Shown here: one piece after another, positions 1 to 9,238 of the stretch | Numbering within the stretch: the stretch's first letter is position 1 | Layout: every line of letters starts with the position of its first letter | NCBI GenBank assembly: GCA_046305855.1 | Contig: JBKDYO010000045.1 | Location: 6,627 to 70,626, forward strand | Direction of reading: 5' to 3' | Source: Paracoccaceae bacterium | GTDB taxonomy: Bacteria > Pseudomonadota > Alphaproteobacteria > Rhodobacterales > Rhodobacteraceae | DNA length: 64,000 bases | Position numbers and translations under genes: made by a program | The notes under the pieces: model-generated | The model's database searches: none | What the model was told of the DNA's origin: nothing | What the model saw: only the letters and a program-made list of their open reading frames with translations

Positions 1-115
1 CCATCAGAGGGATGGTCAGCCAGTAGAAAGTCTCGGCGGTCGTCCGGTTCAGCCCGGCCAGGCTGTCCTTCACGGCCGCAAGCTCCGCGGTCAGGGCCGC
101 GATTTGTTCTTCCAT
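1..115 (-). CDS. 5' end of an unidentified gene that runs off the window (MEEQIAALTAELAAVKDSLAGLNRTTAETFYWLTIPLM...)
   Basis: ATG at 113-115 on the minus strand, open to the window edge. Short coiled-coil-like start followed by the beginning of a hydrophobic segment. Too short to assign. Confidence 0.3.
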   Translation of the reverse strand, partial: MEEQIAALTAELAAVKDSLAGLNRTTAETFYWLTIPLM

Positions 116-317
116 GATCGTCTCCCCGGTTGCTGCTGCCGCGCCGATGCGTGCCGGACGGCTTGCCGAAAGACTTAATCACAGCTCTTGTCGCCGCCGC
201 GTCTTGTCGGGCAACACCGTTTCCAGGGATGTGCCGCAGTTTGCAGGATTGCGCCCCCAGCAGGCGACCACTTGGCGAAATGCACAAATCTCCGGCAGAT
301 TTGAATCGTTCAAAGCA

Positions 318-345
318 AAAGGCCCCGGACACTGCCGGGGCCTTT
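318..345 (-). terminator. Intrinsic terminator after tmm
   Basis: Perfect 11-bp stem AAAGGCCCCGG/CCGGGGCCTTT with a 6-nt loop. On the minus strand it is followed by TTTTGCTTTG, 18 nt after the tmm stop. Confidence 0.55.
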
Positions 346-362
346 GCACGTCGTCCTGAGCT

Positions 363-1712
363 TCAGTTCTTCAGATAGCTTTCCATCGAATCCTCCAGCG
401 CGTCCTTCCAGGGCGTGTGGTGGATCGGGGCCATCGTGCCGGTGATCACCGACTTGTAGGCATTGTTGCGGAAGGCCATGATGTCGTCCTTCTTGTGGTC
501 CTTCCACTCGAAGAAAGCCTCGCAGGCGCCGTCCACGTCGAAGGACGGATAGTCCGTTTCGGCGATCAGCTCCTTCACGTAGTCGCCCTGATAATGGATC
601 GCGTCATGGGCATCCTGGCCTGCATCCTCGTGCGCTACACGGTCCACGACGTCCTTCATCAGAACCGCCTTGTCGGTCGGGATCTTGATCTTGCCCATGA
701 TCGCGTCGCGGACCCACCAGGCCTGCGCGTCGAACATGTTGAAGGTGAACCACTGGTCCTGCATGCCGATGTAGAACAGCTTGGGGTTATGCACCCAGGC
801 CACGCCCTTATACAGGTCCGCCGTCGCCAGCCGGTTCGCCGTCTTCAGCCGCAGGTCATCGGGCAGGAACGGGAAGTGGTGCTTGTAGCCGGTGCACAGG
901 ATGATCGCGTCGATCTTCTTCGAGGTCCCGTCCGCAAAGTAGGCGGTCGTCTCGTCCACATGGCTTAGCTTCGGCACTTCCTTCCAGTTCGACGGCCAGT
1001 TGTAGCCCATCGGCGCATTGCGATAGGCGACCGTCACCGACTTGGCCCCGTATTTCCAGCACTGCGACCCGATGTCTTCGGCCGAATAGGACGACCCCAG
1101 CAGAAGGAGGTCCTTCCCCGAAAACTCACGCGCGTCGCGGAAGTCATGCGCGTGCAGAACACGCCCGTTGAACTTGTCGAAGCCCGGATACTCCGGCACG
1201 TTCGGCACCGAGAAGTGGCCCGAAGCGACGATCACGTTGTCGAAGTCCTCGGAATACATCTTGTCGGCCTTCAGGTCATGCACCGTGACGGTGAAGTTGC
1301 CCTTGTCCTCGTTGTATTTGACCATGCGGACGGTGGTCGAGAAGCGGATCCAGTCGCGAACCCCTGCCTTCTTCACCCGGCCCTCGATATAATCGAACAG
1401 CACCGCGCGCGGCGGGTAGCTGGCGATCTGCTTGCCGAAATGTTCCTCGAAGGAATAGTCGGCGAATTCCAGGCCTTCCTTCGGCCCGTTGGACCACAGA
1501 TAGCGGTACATGCTGCAATGCACCGGCTCGCCGTATTCATCCAGCCCAGTGCGCCAGGTATAGTTCCAAAGGCCCCCCCAGTTCGACTGCTTTTCAAAGC
1601 AGACGACCTCGGGAATGTCCTCGCCCTTTGCCTTGGCCGACTGGAACGCGCGCAGCTGCGCAAGGCCCGACGGACCCGCTCCAATGACGGCTACTCTCTT
1701 CTTCATGGTCAA
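363..1712 (-). CDS. tmm: Trimethylamine monooxygenase (bacterial flavin-containing monooxygenase)
   Basis: 449-aa ORF. It has an N-terminal GAGPSG FAD fold, the FMO motif [11 protein letters not shown] (FxGxxxHxxxF) and a second dinucleotide fold [13 protein letters not shown]. Length and overall sequence are typical of marine and alphaproteobacterial Tmm. Confidence 0.85.
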   Translation of the reverse strand: MTMKKRVAVIGAGPSGLAQLRAFQSAKAKGEDIPEVVCFEKQSNWGGLWNYTWRTGLDEYGEPVHCSMYRYLWSNGPKEGLEFADYSFEEHFGKQIASYPPRAVLFDYIEGRVKKAGVRDWIRFSTTVRMVKYNEDKGNFTVTVHDLKADKMYSEDFDNVIVASGHFSVPNVPEYPGFDKFNGRVLHAHDFRDAREFSGKDLLLLGSSYSAEDIGSQCWKYGAKSVTVAYRNAPMGYNWPSNWKEVPKLSHVDETTAYFADGTSKKIDAIILCTGYKHHFPFLPDDLRLKTANRLATADLYKGVAWVHNPKLFYIGMQDQWFTFNMFDAQAWWVRDAIMGKIKIPTDKAVLMKDVVDRVAHEDAGQDAHDAIHYQGDYVKELIAETDYPSFDVDGACEAFFEWKDHKKDDIMAFRNNAYKSVITGTMAPIHHTPWKDALEDSMESYLKN

Positions 1713-1820
1713 CCTCCGGATATTGGCTTTTCGTGTCGCTTTGGGCGCTTATTTTTCGGCTAGCGTAGAGACAAAGTTGCGCCTGTGTCAAATATTCTCA
1801 CTCACGGTAAACATGAGGAA

Positions 1821-1844
1821 CCCCGGAAGCAGGGTGCTCCGGGG
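1821..1844 (-). terminator. Possible terminator hairpin after usp
   Basis: 7-bp stem CCCCGGA/TCCGGGG with a 10-nt loop. On the minus strand it is followed by the moderately T-rich TTCCTCATGTTT. Confidence 0.3.
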
Positions 1845-1887
1845 TCCAGGGTCACAACCCTTGCACGAATTCTAGGCGCAACCCGGG

Positions 1888-2301
1888 TCAACGGGCAATG
1901 GTCACCGTGCAATGGGCGCGCGTGGCCACTTCGCTGGCAACCGATCCCAGCACCAGCCGCTGCAAGCCCCGCTTGTCGCCGGTGCCCATGACGATGTGGG
2001 TATAGCCGTTCTGTTCGGCATAGGCGATGATCGCCGGGGCGGCCTCACGGGCGACCACCTCGATGGTCCCCACATCCTTGGCGCCTTCGCTCTTGGCCAG
2101 CGCCTCGGACTCGGCCAGAAGCTTCGCTACCTCTTCGGCCTTCCAGTGGCTGATGGTCGGGCCGCGCACGCCGCCATGCGCGATGTTCACAGCGCAGATG
2201 GTCAGATGGCCGCCCGTTGCCTTGGCGACTTCCGCCGCCAGAATCACCCCGATTGTCGAGTGGTCGCTCCCATCAGTGGGGCAGAGAATCTTGGCTGTCA
2301 T
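1888..2301 (-). CDS. Universal stress protein (UspA family)
   Basis: MTAKILCPTDGSDHS...HIVMGTGDKRGLQRLVLGSVASEVATRAHCTVTIAR is a classic Usp fold sequence. I prefer the internal ATG at 2301, which has a GAGGA Shine-Dalgarno sequence, over the ORF-track start at 2340. Confidence 0.8.
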   Translation of the reverse strand: MTAKILCPTDGSDHSTIGVILAAEVAKATGGHLTICAVNIAHGGVRGPTISHWKAEEVAKLLAESEALAKSEGAKDVGTIEVVAREAAPAIIAYAEQNGYTHIVMGTGDKRGLQRLVLGSVASEVATRAHCTVTIAR

Positions 2302-2362
2302 GATCTTGTCCTCGGCTTGATTGACCTTGGACCCCTTCAACCATCAAATGCGGCAATCCGCC

Positions 2363-2376
2363 TTGACCTGCGTCAA
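2363..2376. promoter_or_regulatory. FNR/FnrL-type anaerobox TTGACCTGCGTCAA
   Basis: Perfect palindrome TTGAC-N4-GTCAA. It is centred about 68 bp upstream of the usp ATG at 2301. Confidence 0.6.
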
Positions 2377-2413
2377 GAAGCTTTACCCACCAGTTAAATT
2401 TTCGGAGCCCGCA

Positions 2414-2776
2414 ATGCAGCCGATCAACCCCAAGGACCGCCGGATCGCCAACATCCACCAGGCCCCCTTCGTACCCTTCGTCTACCCGGACGGCGTGGCC
2501 CTCGGCGACACGGTGCTGCAACTGGACGACGGCCACCCGCTTGGCGTCGGCTTCCACGTCTACCGCATGCCCCCCGGCATGACGACGCGCGGACATCGCC
2601 ACAACGGGGACGAACAGTTCCTGATCCTTGAAGGCGAGCTGCACGAAAGCGACGGCACTATCCTGCGCGCCGGAGACATGGTGTTTTACCGTGACGGGAC
2701 CGAGCACAATTCCTTCACTCCGACTGGCTGCCTGCTTGCCGTTCACATCGCCGGGCCGGAAATCCCGGTAGAGTAA
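2414..2776 (+). CDS. Cupin domain protein
   Basis: GHRHNGDEQFLILEGEL...GDMVFYRDGTEH matches the two-motif cupin signature. ATG at 2414 is preceded by GGAG. Confidence 0.7.
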   Translation: MQPINPKDRRIANIHQAPFVPFVYPDGVALGDTVLQLDDGHPLGVGFHVYRMPPGMTTRGHRHNGDEQFLILEGELHESDGTILRAGDMVFYRDGTEHNSFTPTGCLLAVHIAGPEIPVE

Positions 2777-2875
2777 GCGAACCATCGGTCGGCTCAGGAT
2801 ACGATGGCATGGGTGCGACAGATAGGACAGCCGCTTCAACAGGGTGCAACACCAGCTATGCTCTGGACGCACCGA

Positions 2876-3613
2876 TCAGGACGCCCGAGAATTTCGCTGT
2901 CCAAGCCCCTCATACATCGAAGCAACGACGGTTTGCGCGTGATCTGCCAGATCACGCAGGTCGTTTTCCTGCATCCCTGATGTCGGGATCGGTGCGCCGA
3001 AACGGACATGAATCGTGCCGGGCCGCGCACGGATCGACTTGAACGGCATCAGGCGTTGTCCACCGCAGAATGCCACGGGAATGATCGGTGCCTGCGATCT
3101 GATGGCAATCAGGCTTGCGCCGATCTTGAATCTGGCCACGCCATCCTTGCCTGAGATCCGGCCCTCACCTCCCCAGGCCAGTCGTTCACCGGCCTTTACC
3201 GCCACGACCATCTGTTCAAGCAGCCGCTCCGTTGCCAGGCGTTTGCCCCGGGGGACAAGCTCTATGGACGCCTTGCGCGCCGATGTCCTGCCATAGGGAA
3301 AATATGCGTACAGATCAGCCGCCGCCGCACGATCGACATGGGGCCACATGACCTTACCAAACGCGGCAACGTCGGCGAACGAGGATTCGTTATAGCAAAC
3401 GACACACCCCTTGCCCGGTTCCGGGGGCGTGCCTTCGACCTCGACGCTGATCCGGCAGTCAGCAAGAAATCGGCCGAAATGTGCTTCGATCATACGCCGC
3501 GCATCCTCCTTGGTCTGCGCGGTCCTTGCGATGCGAAAATTCACGAACGGGACGCCGCACAGCCATCTCGCGGATGCGCCGCCCCCTCGAAACATCTCGC
3601 CCAGCGGTCCCAA
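2876..3613 (-). CDS. Lysophospholipid (1-acyl-sn-glycerol-3-phosphate-type) acyltransferase family protein
   Basis: PlsC-like blocks are present: NESSFADV in the position of the NHxxxxD motif, WGGEGRISG and IPVAF. The motif is a variant and the start is ambiguous (3613 or 3595). Confidence 0.6.
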   Translation of the reverse strand: MGPLGEMFRGGGASARWLCGVPFVNFRIARTAQTKEDARRMIEAHFGRFLADCRISVEVEGTPPEPGKGCVVCYNESSFADVAAFGKVMWPHVDRAAAADLYAYFPYGRTSARKASIELVPRGKRLATERLLEQMVVAVKAGERLAWGGEGRISGKDGVARFKIGASLIAIRSQAPIIPVAFCGGQRLMPFKSIRARPGTIHVRFGAPIPTSGMQENDLRDLADHAQTVVASMYEGLGQRNSRAS

Positions 3614-3814
3614 GGCTTTCCCCTAGCTCGATCGCATGCACGGATCATGGCCTGTCTGAGAATAGTAGAGGAGAAGGCACTGAGCAAAACAATGTTCGTG
3701 CAAGGCCAAAGGGTTAAAGATGTCCTGACGGATCAGCAGCCCAGGCCCAAGAGGTCGGCCTCCGTCACACTAAATGATGCTGTCACGACCTCCCTCATCC
3801 CGTTCTCCCGCTGT

Positions 3815-4723
3815 TCAGGTCGGTCCTTTGTCCGCCACAAGTGTCTTGTAGATTGCTATGGCTTCCTCCTGACCCAGTCCCATGCCGACCGCCCGCTGGA
3901 AGAACCCGGCGATGAAGTCCGGAACGGCAGACGAGATACCCGCATCGCGCGCCTGTTCCTGGATATGGCCCAAAGCCTCACCCCAGACCTTCAGCGTAGC
4001 GCCCGGGCGATTGTAATCGGCCTCCTTGATCTGCCGGGCCAGTTCGGGGGGATAGGAGTCCGGGGCGACCGGGGCGGGGTCGAACGGATAAAGATCCCTG
4101 AACTCTTGCAGATCAATGCCCTCCGCCCGGCAGATATTCGCTGCATGGGCAACACCGATGAACTGCGTGTATGACATCGTCAGCCAGGCGAAGTCCAAGC
4201 CCGAGGCAGCGCCGACCCGCTGACCTACGTGCCGCACCTTTCCGGCAAGGCAGCTCAGAAGCGGACCAGTGGCCTGCCATGCCTGCACGTCGCCCGAAAG
4301 CAGAACCTCACCACTTCTGGTGACGATTTCATTCGGGCTACAAAGGATCGCGCCATCAAGGTATTGGGCACCCTGCACTTCGACCCAGACCGAAAGCTCC
4401 TCCGCCTCGCGCGGGGTCCCCGTGGTCAGGCTTACAACCGTTCGCCCGGCAAGATGCCCGGCCTTGGCTTCCGGCTCCAGCAGCGCGCGGATGGAGCGGT
4501 AGTTGTCGATGCAGATCAGCATGACGGGGCTGGCGGCCACAGCCTCGGCAAAGCTCAGCGCCTCTCTTGCCCCCAACTGCACCAAAGCCGCCGCCTTTCC
4601 GGGTGAGCGGTTCCAGACAGTGACGCCATGCCCGGCCGTAAACAGCGCTCTGGCAATCGCCGATCCCATCAACCCCAAGCCGATGCAGGTAATTTCGGTC
4701 AACGGCCCGCTCCTCGATGGCAT
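3815..4723 (-). CDS. NAD(P)-dependent oxidoreductase, beta-hydroxyacid dehydrogenase / imine reductase-like
   Basis: N-terminal IGLGLMGSAIARAL Rossmann motif. A protein of about 300 aa with a 6PGDH-type NAD-binding domain plus a helical C-domain. Confidence 0.7.
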   Translation of the reverse strand: MPSRSGPLTEITCIGLGLMGSAIARALFTAGHGVTVWNRSPGKAAALVQLGAREALSFAEAVAASPVMLICIDNYRSIRALLEPEAKAGHLAGRTVVSLTTGTPREAEELSVWVEVQGAQYLDGAILCSPNEIVTRSGEVLLSGDVQAWQATGPLLSCLAGKVRHVGQRVGAASGLDFAWLTMSYTQFIGVAHAANICRAEGIDLQEFRDLYPFDPAPVAPDSYPPELARQIKEADYNRPGATLKVWGEALGHIQEQARDAGISSAVPDFIAGFFQRAVGMGLGQEEAIAIYKTLVADKGPT

Positions 4724-4976
4724 GCAGGGAAAGGCTGGCGCGCAGCCGATCCGACATGGAATTCATAACGTGGTTCGTGGAATGCCGTCCAACGACTTCT
4801 CGCCGGACCTCAGGCCCTACGGCTACAGGTCGGACATCGGTCCGTAACGAGACCTCCCTTCAGAGGAGGAGGCAAGGGAAAGGGGGCGTCAACGCAAAAG
4901 TTAACACCACCCTAACGCCAGAAATCAAATATTTGAAATCGCTTGAATTTCTGAATTTGTCCACCGTGGACAGAAC

Positions 4977-6284
4977 TCAGATATCCAGCGTCGTCTGGGT
5001 CTCCCAGGCCGAGAAATGCGAACAGTAGTCGTTCCATTCCTTGTGTTTCAGCTTCAGGAATGCAGTCGAGAACTCGTCCCCCATCATCGATTTGAGGGTC
5101 TTGTCCTTGTCATACTCCCGCAGCGCGTCCAGCAGGTTCAGCGGCAGCTTCGGCGCGTTCTTTACCGTGTGCCCCATCTGATACATGTCGATGTCATGCC
5201 GCTTGCCCGGGTCCGCCTTGGTCCGCACCCCGTCGATGCCAGCGGCCAGAATGACCGCCTGCATGAGGTACGGGTTCGCCGCCCCATCGGGCAGCCGCAG
5301 CTCGAACCGCCCCGGCCCCGGCACGCGGACCATGTGGGTCCGGTTGTTCCCCGTCCAGGTCACCGTGTTCGGCGCCCATGTCGCCCCCGACGAGGTCCGC
5401 GGAGCATTGATCCGCTTGTAGCTGTTTACCGTCGGGTTGCAGATCGCCGCCAGCGCCGAGGCGTGCTTCATGATCCCGCCCAGAAAATTGCGGCCCTGAT
5501 CCGACAGCCCGAGTTCCTTCTTCGGGTCGGCAAAGGCGTTCTTCTTGCCGTCCAGCGACCAGACCGAGATGTGGGCGTGGCACCCCGACCCGGTCAGCCC
5601 CTTGAACGGCTTCGGCATGAAGGTCGCCCGGAAGCCGTGCTTTTCGGCGATCGACTTGACCATGAACTTGAAGAACGAATGCTTGTCGGCGGTCTGGAGG
5701 ACGTCGTCATACTTCCAGTTCATCTCGAACTGGCCGATCGCGTCTTCGTGGTCGTTCTGGTAGGCCTCCCAGCCAAGCTCCAGCATGTAGTCGCAGATTT
5801 CACTGATGACGTCATAGCGCCGCATCACGGCCTGCTGGTCGTAGCAGGGCTTTTCGGCGGTGTCGTAGACATCCGAAGGACCCGAGCCATCGGCATTAAG
5901 GATGAAGAACTCGGGTTCAACGCCCGTCTTGACCCGCAAGCCTTCCTTCGCCGCCTCGCCGATCAGCTTCTCAAGCACGTTGCGCGGAGCCTGATCGACG
6001 AGTTTTTCCTCCATCGTCGCCCGCGCCGCGACCCAGGCGACCTCTTTCTTCCACGGCAACTGGATCACGCTGTCCGGGTCCGGCACCGCCATCAGGTCGG
6101 GGTGCGCAGGCGTCAGGTCCAGCCAGGTCGCGAACCCCGCGAAGCCCGCCCCGTCCACCGCCATGTCGTTGATCGCTTGCGTCGGCACCAGTTTCGCCCG
6201 CTGACCCCCGAAGAGATCGGTGTAGGAGATCATGAAATACTTGACGCCCTTGTCCTTGGCCCATTTCGCCAGGTCTTTCGCCAT
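4977..6284 (-). CDS. gmaS: Gamma-glutamylmethylamide synthetase (glutamine synthetase type III-like)
   Basis: 435 aa from MAKDLAKW, with a GGGGAG Shine-Dalgarno sequence. The GS catalytic-domain sequence runs throughout (GVEPEFF, NDHEDAIGQFE, GSGCHAHISVW, NSYKR). It lies immediately downstream of mgsABC, the canonical NMG-pathway arrangement. Confidence 0.85.
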   Translation of the reverse strand: MAKDLAKWAKDKGVKYFMISYTDLFGGQRAKLVPTQAINDMAVDGAGFAGFATWLDLTPAHPDLMAVPDPDSVIQLPWKKEVAWVAARATMEEKLVDQAPRNVLEKLIGEAAKEGLRVKTGVEPEFFILNADGSGPSDVYDTAEKPCYDQQAVMRRYDVISEICDYMLELGWEAYQNDHEDAIGQFEMNWKYDDVLQTADKHSFFKFMVKSIAEKHGFRATFMPKPFKGLTGSGCHAHISVWSLDGKKNAFADPKKELGLSDQGRNFLGGIMKHASALAAICNPTVNSYKRINAPRTSSGATWAPNTVTWTGNNRTHMVRVPGPGRFELRLPDGAANPYLMQAVILAAGIDGVRTKADPGKRHDIDMYQMGHTVKNAPKLPLNLLDALREYDKDKTLKSMMGDEFSTAFLKLKHKEWNDYCSHFSAWETQTTLDI

Positions 6285-6309
6285 TGTCGTAACTCCCCGT
6301 TCGTTTTTA

Positions 6310-7638
6310 TCAGAACCCGCCGTTGCGGCCGGGTATCCAGTTTGTCCCCGCAATCGGCACGCCCGCCATTGCCGCTGCCTCGATCGTCAGCGCGCAAAGG
6401 TCCTCGGGTTCCAGATTGTGCAGGTGGTTCTTGCCGCAAGCCCGCGCGATGGTCTGCGCTTCCAGCGTCATCACTTTGAGGTAGTTCTTCAGCCGCCGCC
6501 CGCCCAGCACTGGGTCGAAGCGCTTGAAAAGCTCGGGGTCCTGCGTGGTGATCCCGGCCGGGTCGCGGCCTTCGTGCCAGTCGTCATAGGCGTCCGCCGT
6601 GGTGCCAAGCTTCTGGTATTCCTCTTCCCATTTCGGATCGTTGTCACCCAGAGCGATAAGCGCCGCCGTCCCGATAGCCACTGCATCCGCGCCCAGTGCC
6701 ATCGCCTTGGCCACGTCAGCGCCAGAGCGAATGCCGCCCGAGACGATCAGCTGCACCTTGCGGTGCATGCCAAGGTCCTGCAGCGCCTTCACGGCTTGCG
6801 GGATGCAGGCCAGGATCGGCATGCCGACATGTTCGATGAACACGTCCTGCGTCGCCGCCGTGCCACCCTGCATGCCATCCAGCACCACCACATCCGCGCC
6901 CGCCTTCACCGCAAGCGCCGTGTCGTAATAGGGCCGCGCGCCGCCGACCTTCACGTAGATCGGCTTTTCCCAATCGGTGATCTCGCGCAGTTCCATGATC
7001 TTGATTTCAAGGTCATCCGGCCCCGTCCAATCCGGATGCCGACAAGCCGAGCGCTGGTCGATCCCCTTGGGCAAATTGCGCATGTTCGCCACGCGGTCGC
7101 TGATCTTTTGCCCCAGCAGCATTCCGCCGCCACCGGGCTTTGCCCCCTGACCCACCACGATTTCAATCGCGTCGGCGCGGCGGAGGTCATCGGGGTTCAT
7201 GCCATAACGGCTGGGAAGGTACTGGTAGACCAGCGTCTTGGAATGCCCGCGCTCTTCCTCGGTCATCCCGCCGTCGCCCGTCGTGGTCGACGTCCCGGCA
7301 GCAGTTGCGCCACGCCCCAAGGCCTCCTTGGCAGGACCGGACAGGGCACCAAAGCTCATCCCCGCGATGGTCACCGGGATATCCAGGTGGATCGGCTTTT
7401 TCGCGTGCCGGGTCCCCAACCAGACGTCGGTCGCACATTTTTCGCGGTAGCCTTCCAGCGGGTAGCGGCTGATCGAAGCGCCGAGGAACAGCAGGTCATC
7501 GAAGTGCGGCAAGTGCCGTTTCGTGCCGCCGCCGCGGATGTCGTAGATGCCGGAAGCGGCCGCGCGGCGGATTTCGGCGTTCACCGCGGGGGTGAAGGTC
7601 GCCGAGAAACGGGGCGGGGTACGGGGAAGATCAGTCAT
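6310..7638 (-). CDS. mgsC: N-methylglutamate synthase subunit C (FMN-binding glutamate synthase domain)
   Basis: 442-aa GltB FMN-domain homolog (GQGAKPGGGG, VVLDGMQGGTAA, SGGIRSGADVAKA). Synteny with mgsA, mgsB and gmaS. Confidence 0.85.
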   Translation of the reverse strand: MTDLPRTPPRFSATFTPAVNAEIRRAAASGIYDIRGGGTKRHLPHFDDLLFLGASISRYPLEGYREKCATDVWLGTRHAKKPIHLDIPVTIAGMSFGALSGPAKEALGRGATAAGTSTTTGDGGMTEEERGHSKTLVYQYLPSRYGMNPDDLRRADAIEIVVGQGAKPGGGGMLLGQKISDRVANMRNLPKGIDQRSACRHPDWTGPDDLEIKIMELREITDWEKPIYVKVGGARPYYDTALAVKAGADVVVLDGMQGGTAATQDVFIEHVGMPILACIPQAVKALQDLGMHRKVQLIVSGGIRSGADVAKAMALGADAVAIGTAALIALGDNDPKWEEEYQKLGTTADAYDDWHEGRDPAGITTQDPELFKRFDPVLGGRRLKNYLKVMTLEAQTIARACGKNHLHNLEPEDLCALTIEAAAMAGVPIAGTNWIPGRNGGF

Positions 7639-7647
7639 TCCATTGCC

Positions 7648-8337
7648 TCAATAGGCCGACGCATTGTCGATGTTGAAGTTGTACAGCTTCCGGGCCGAAC
7701 CATAGCGGCGGAACTCTTCCGGCTTGGCTTTCCCGTCGGCCTCGCCCCTGCGGAGAAGCTCTTCCAGGATCGCATAGTGCTCGTCCCGCATCTCCTTTTC
7801 GATGCAGTCCGCACCCAGCGATTTCACAGTGCCACGCACGAAAAGCCGCGCCTCATAAAGGCTGTCCCCCAGCGCGTCGCCAGCGTCCCCCAGTACGACC
7901 AGGTTCCCAGACTGTGCCATGAAAGCGGACATGTGGCCGATGGAGCCGTGGACGACGATGTCGATCCCCTTCATCGACACACCACAGCGGCTGGAGGCAT
8001 TGCCCTTGATCACCAGAAGCCCACCACGACCCGTGGCCCCGGCATACTGGCTGGCATTGCCGTCGATGATCACGGTTCCCGACATCATGTTCTCGGCAAC
8101 GCCCGGCCCGGCCGATCCCTTGATCCGGATGGTCGCCTGCTTGTTCATGCCCGCGCAGTAATAGCCCGTGGAGCCGCGCACAGTGATGTCGACCGGCGCA
8201 TCCACCCCGGCGGCGATGGCATGCGCGCCCTTTGGATTGATGACCTCCCAGGCGGTCATATTGGTCTGCCCCTTAAGGGCATGCAGCGAGGAATTCAGCG
8301 CCCGCAGGCCTTCCTTCCCCAGATCAAAGCTCTGCAT
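7648..8337 (-). CDS. mgsB: N-methylglutamate synthase subunit B (GXGXG glutamate synthase C-terminal domain)
   Basis: 229-aa protein with repeated G-x-G beta-helix motifs (VRGSTGYYCAGMN, IKGSAGPGVAENM, IKGNASSRCG). Confidence 0.85.
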   Translation of the reverse strand: MQSFDLGKEGLRALNSSLHALKGQTNMTAWEVINPKGAHAIAAGVDAPVDITVRGSTGYYCAGMNKQATIRIKGSAGPGVAENMMSGTVIIDGNASQYAGATGRGGLLVIKGNASSRCGVSMKGIDIVVHGSIGHMSAFMAQSGNLVVLGDAGDALGDSLYEARLFVRGTVKSLGADCIEKEMRDEHYAILEELLRRGEADGKAKPEEFRRYGSARKLYNFNIDNASAY

Positions 8338-8341
8338 TCTC

Positions 8342-9238
8342 TTAACGCTCCCAGAAGTAGACAGTGGCAGGCTCGGGCTCCCAGACGCGGGCGTCCTCGA
8401 TCCCCGGCAGGTTCACCAGCGCCCGGTATTCCGACCCGAAAGCGACGTACTGATCGGTTTCGGCCATGACGGCGGGCTTGCAGGCGATGGGGTCGCGGAC
8501 GACGCCGAAACCGTTCTTGGTGCCGACAACGAAAGTGAAGAAGCCGTCCAGATCGGTCAGCGTCGCTTCAAGGGCGTTGCCCAGCGTTTCACCCGTCTGC
8601 AGCTTGTGGCTGATGAAGGCAGCACCAACCTCGGTGTCGTTCTCGGTCTCGAAGGTCATGCCAAGGCGTTTCAGTTCCCGACGCACGCCGTTGTGGTTCG
8701 AAAGGCTGCCGTTGTGGACAAGGCACTGGTCAGTGCCGGTCGAAAACGGATGTGCGCCCATCGTCGTTACGGCGGATTCGGTTGCCATCCGGGTGTGACC
8801 GATGCCGTGGGTGCCCTTCATCTTGGCCACTTCGAAACGCGCAGCCACGTCCTTCGGCAAGCCCACTTCCTTGAAGATCTCGATGCAGTCGCCAGCGCTC
8901 ATCACCTTCACGTTCGGGCGCAAGTGCGACAGGGCCGACCGCGCAGCGTCCATCTGCGCCAGAGGCACCTCGATCACCGCATGGGTCGATTTCACCAGCA
9001 TGGTCACCGGCTGGCCGATGGCGTCATGCAACTCGCCATCCAGGTCCTTGAAATCCTTCGTAGGATCAGCGGACTGGATGGTCAGCTTGCCCAAGCCATC
9101 CTTCGCCCCGCCATAGATCGCGATCCCGGCACTGTCGGGACCCCGGTCGGTCATGGTGATCAGCATGTCCGTCAACATGGCGCCCAGTTTCGGCTCCAGC
9201 TTCGGGTCCTTCAGAAACAGCCCAACGATGCCGCACAT
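8342..9238 (-). CDS. mgsA: N-methylglutamate synthase subunit A (class II glutamine amidotransferase domain)
   Basis: Starts MCGIVGL, the Ntn-type catalytic Cys2. ATG at 9238 is preceded by AAGGAGA. The ORF-track start at 9277 is rejected. Confidence 0.85.
   Translation of the reverse strand: MCGIVGLFLKDPKLEPKLGAMLTDMLITMTDRGPDSAGIAIYGGAKDGLGKLTIQSADPTKDFKDLDGELHDAIGQPVTMLVKSTHAVIEVPLAQMDAARSALSHLRPNVKVMSAGDCIEIFKEVGLPKDVAARFEVAKMKGTHGIGHTRMATESAVTTMGAHPFSTGTDQCLVHNGSLSNHNGVRRELKRLGMTFETENDTEVGAAFISHKLQTGETLGNALEATLTDLDGFFTFVVGTKNGFGVVRDPIACKPAVMAETDQYVAFGSEYRALVNLPGIEDARVWEPEPATVYFWER

Noticed and set aside
6232-8469. 745-aa plus-strand ORF across mgsC/mgsB. Other long ORFs of the same kind: 5016-6479, 17696-20401 (901 aa), 20742-23267 (841 aa), 23119-24552, 26404-27966, 30844-32442, 35116-36453, 37933-39285, 45026-46744, 46279-47880, 47892-49526, 59669-61174 and 61501-62811.
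   Set aside because: All lie antisense to genes with clear family signatures. Their translations are Arg/Gly/Pro/Ala/His-rich low-information sequences with no recognisable motifs. Long stop-free antisense frames are expected in high-GC DNA.
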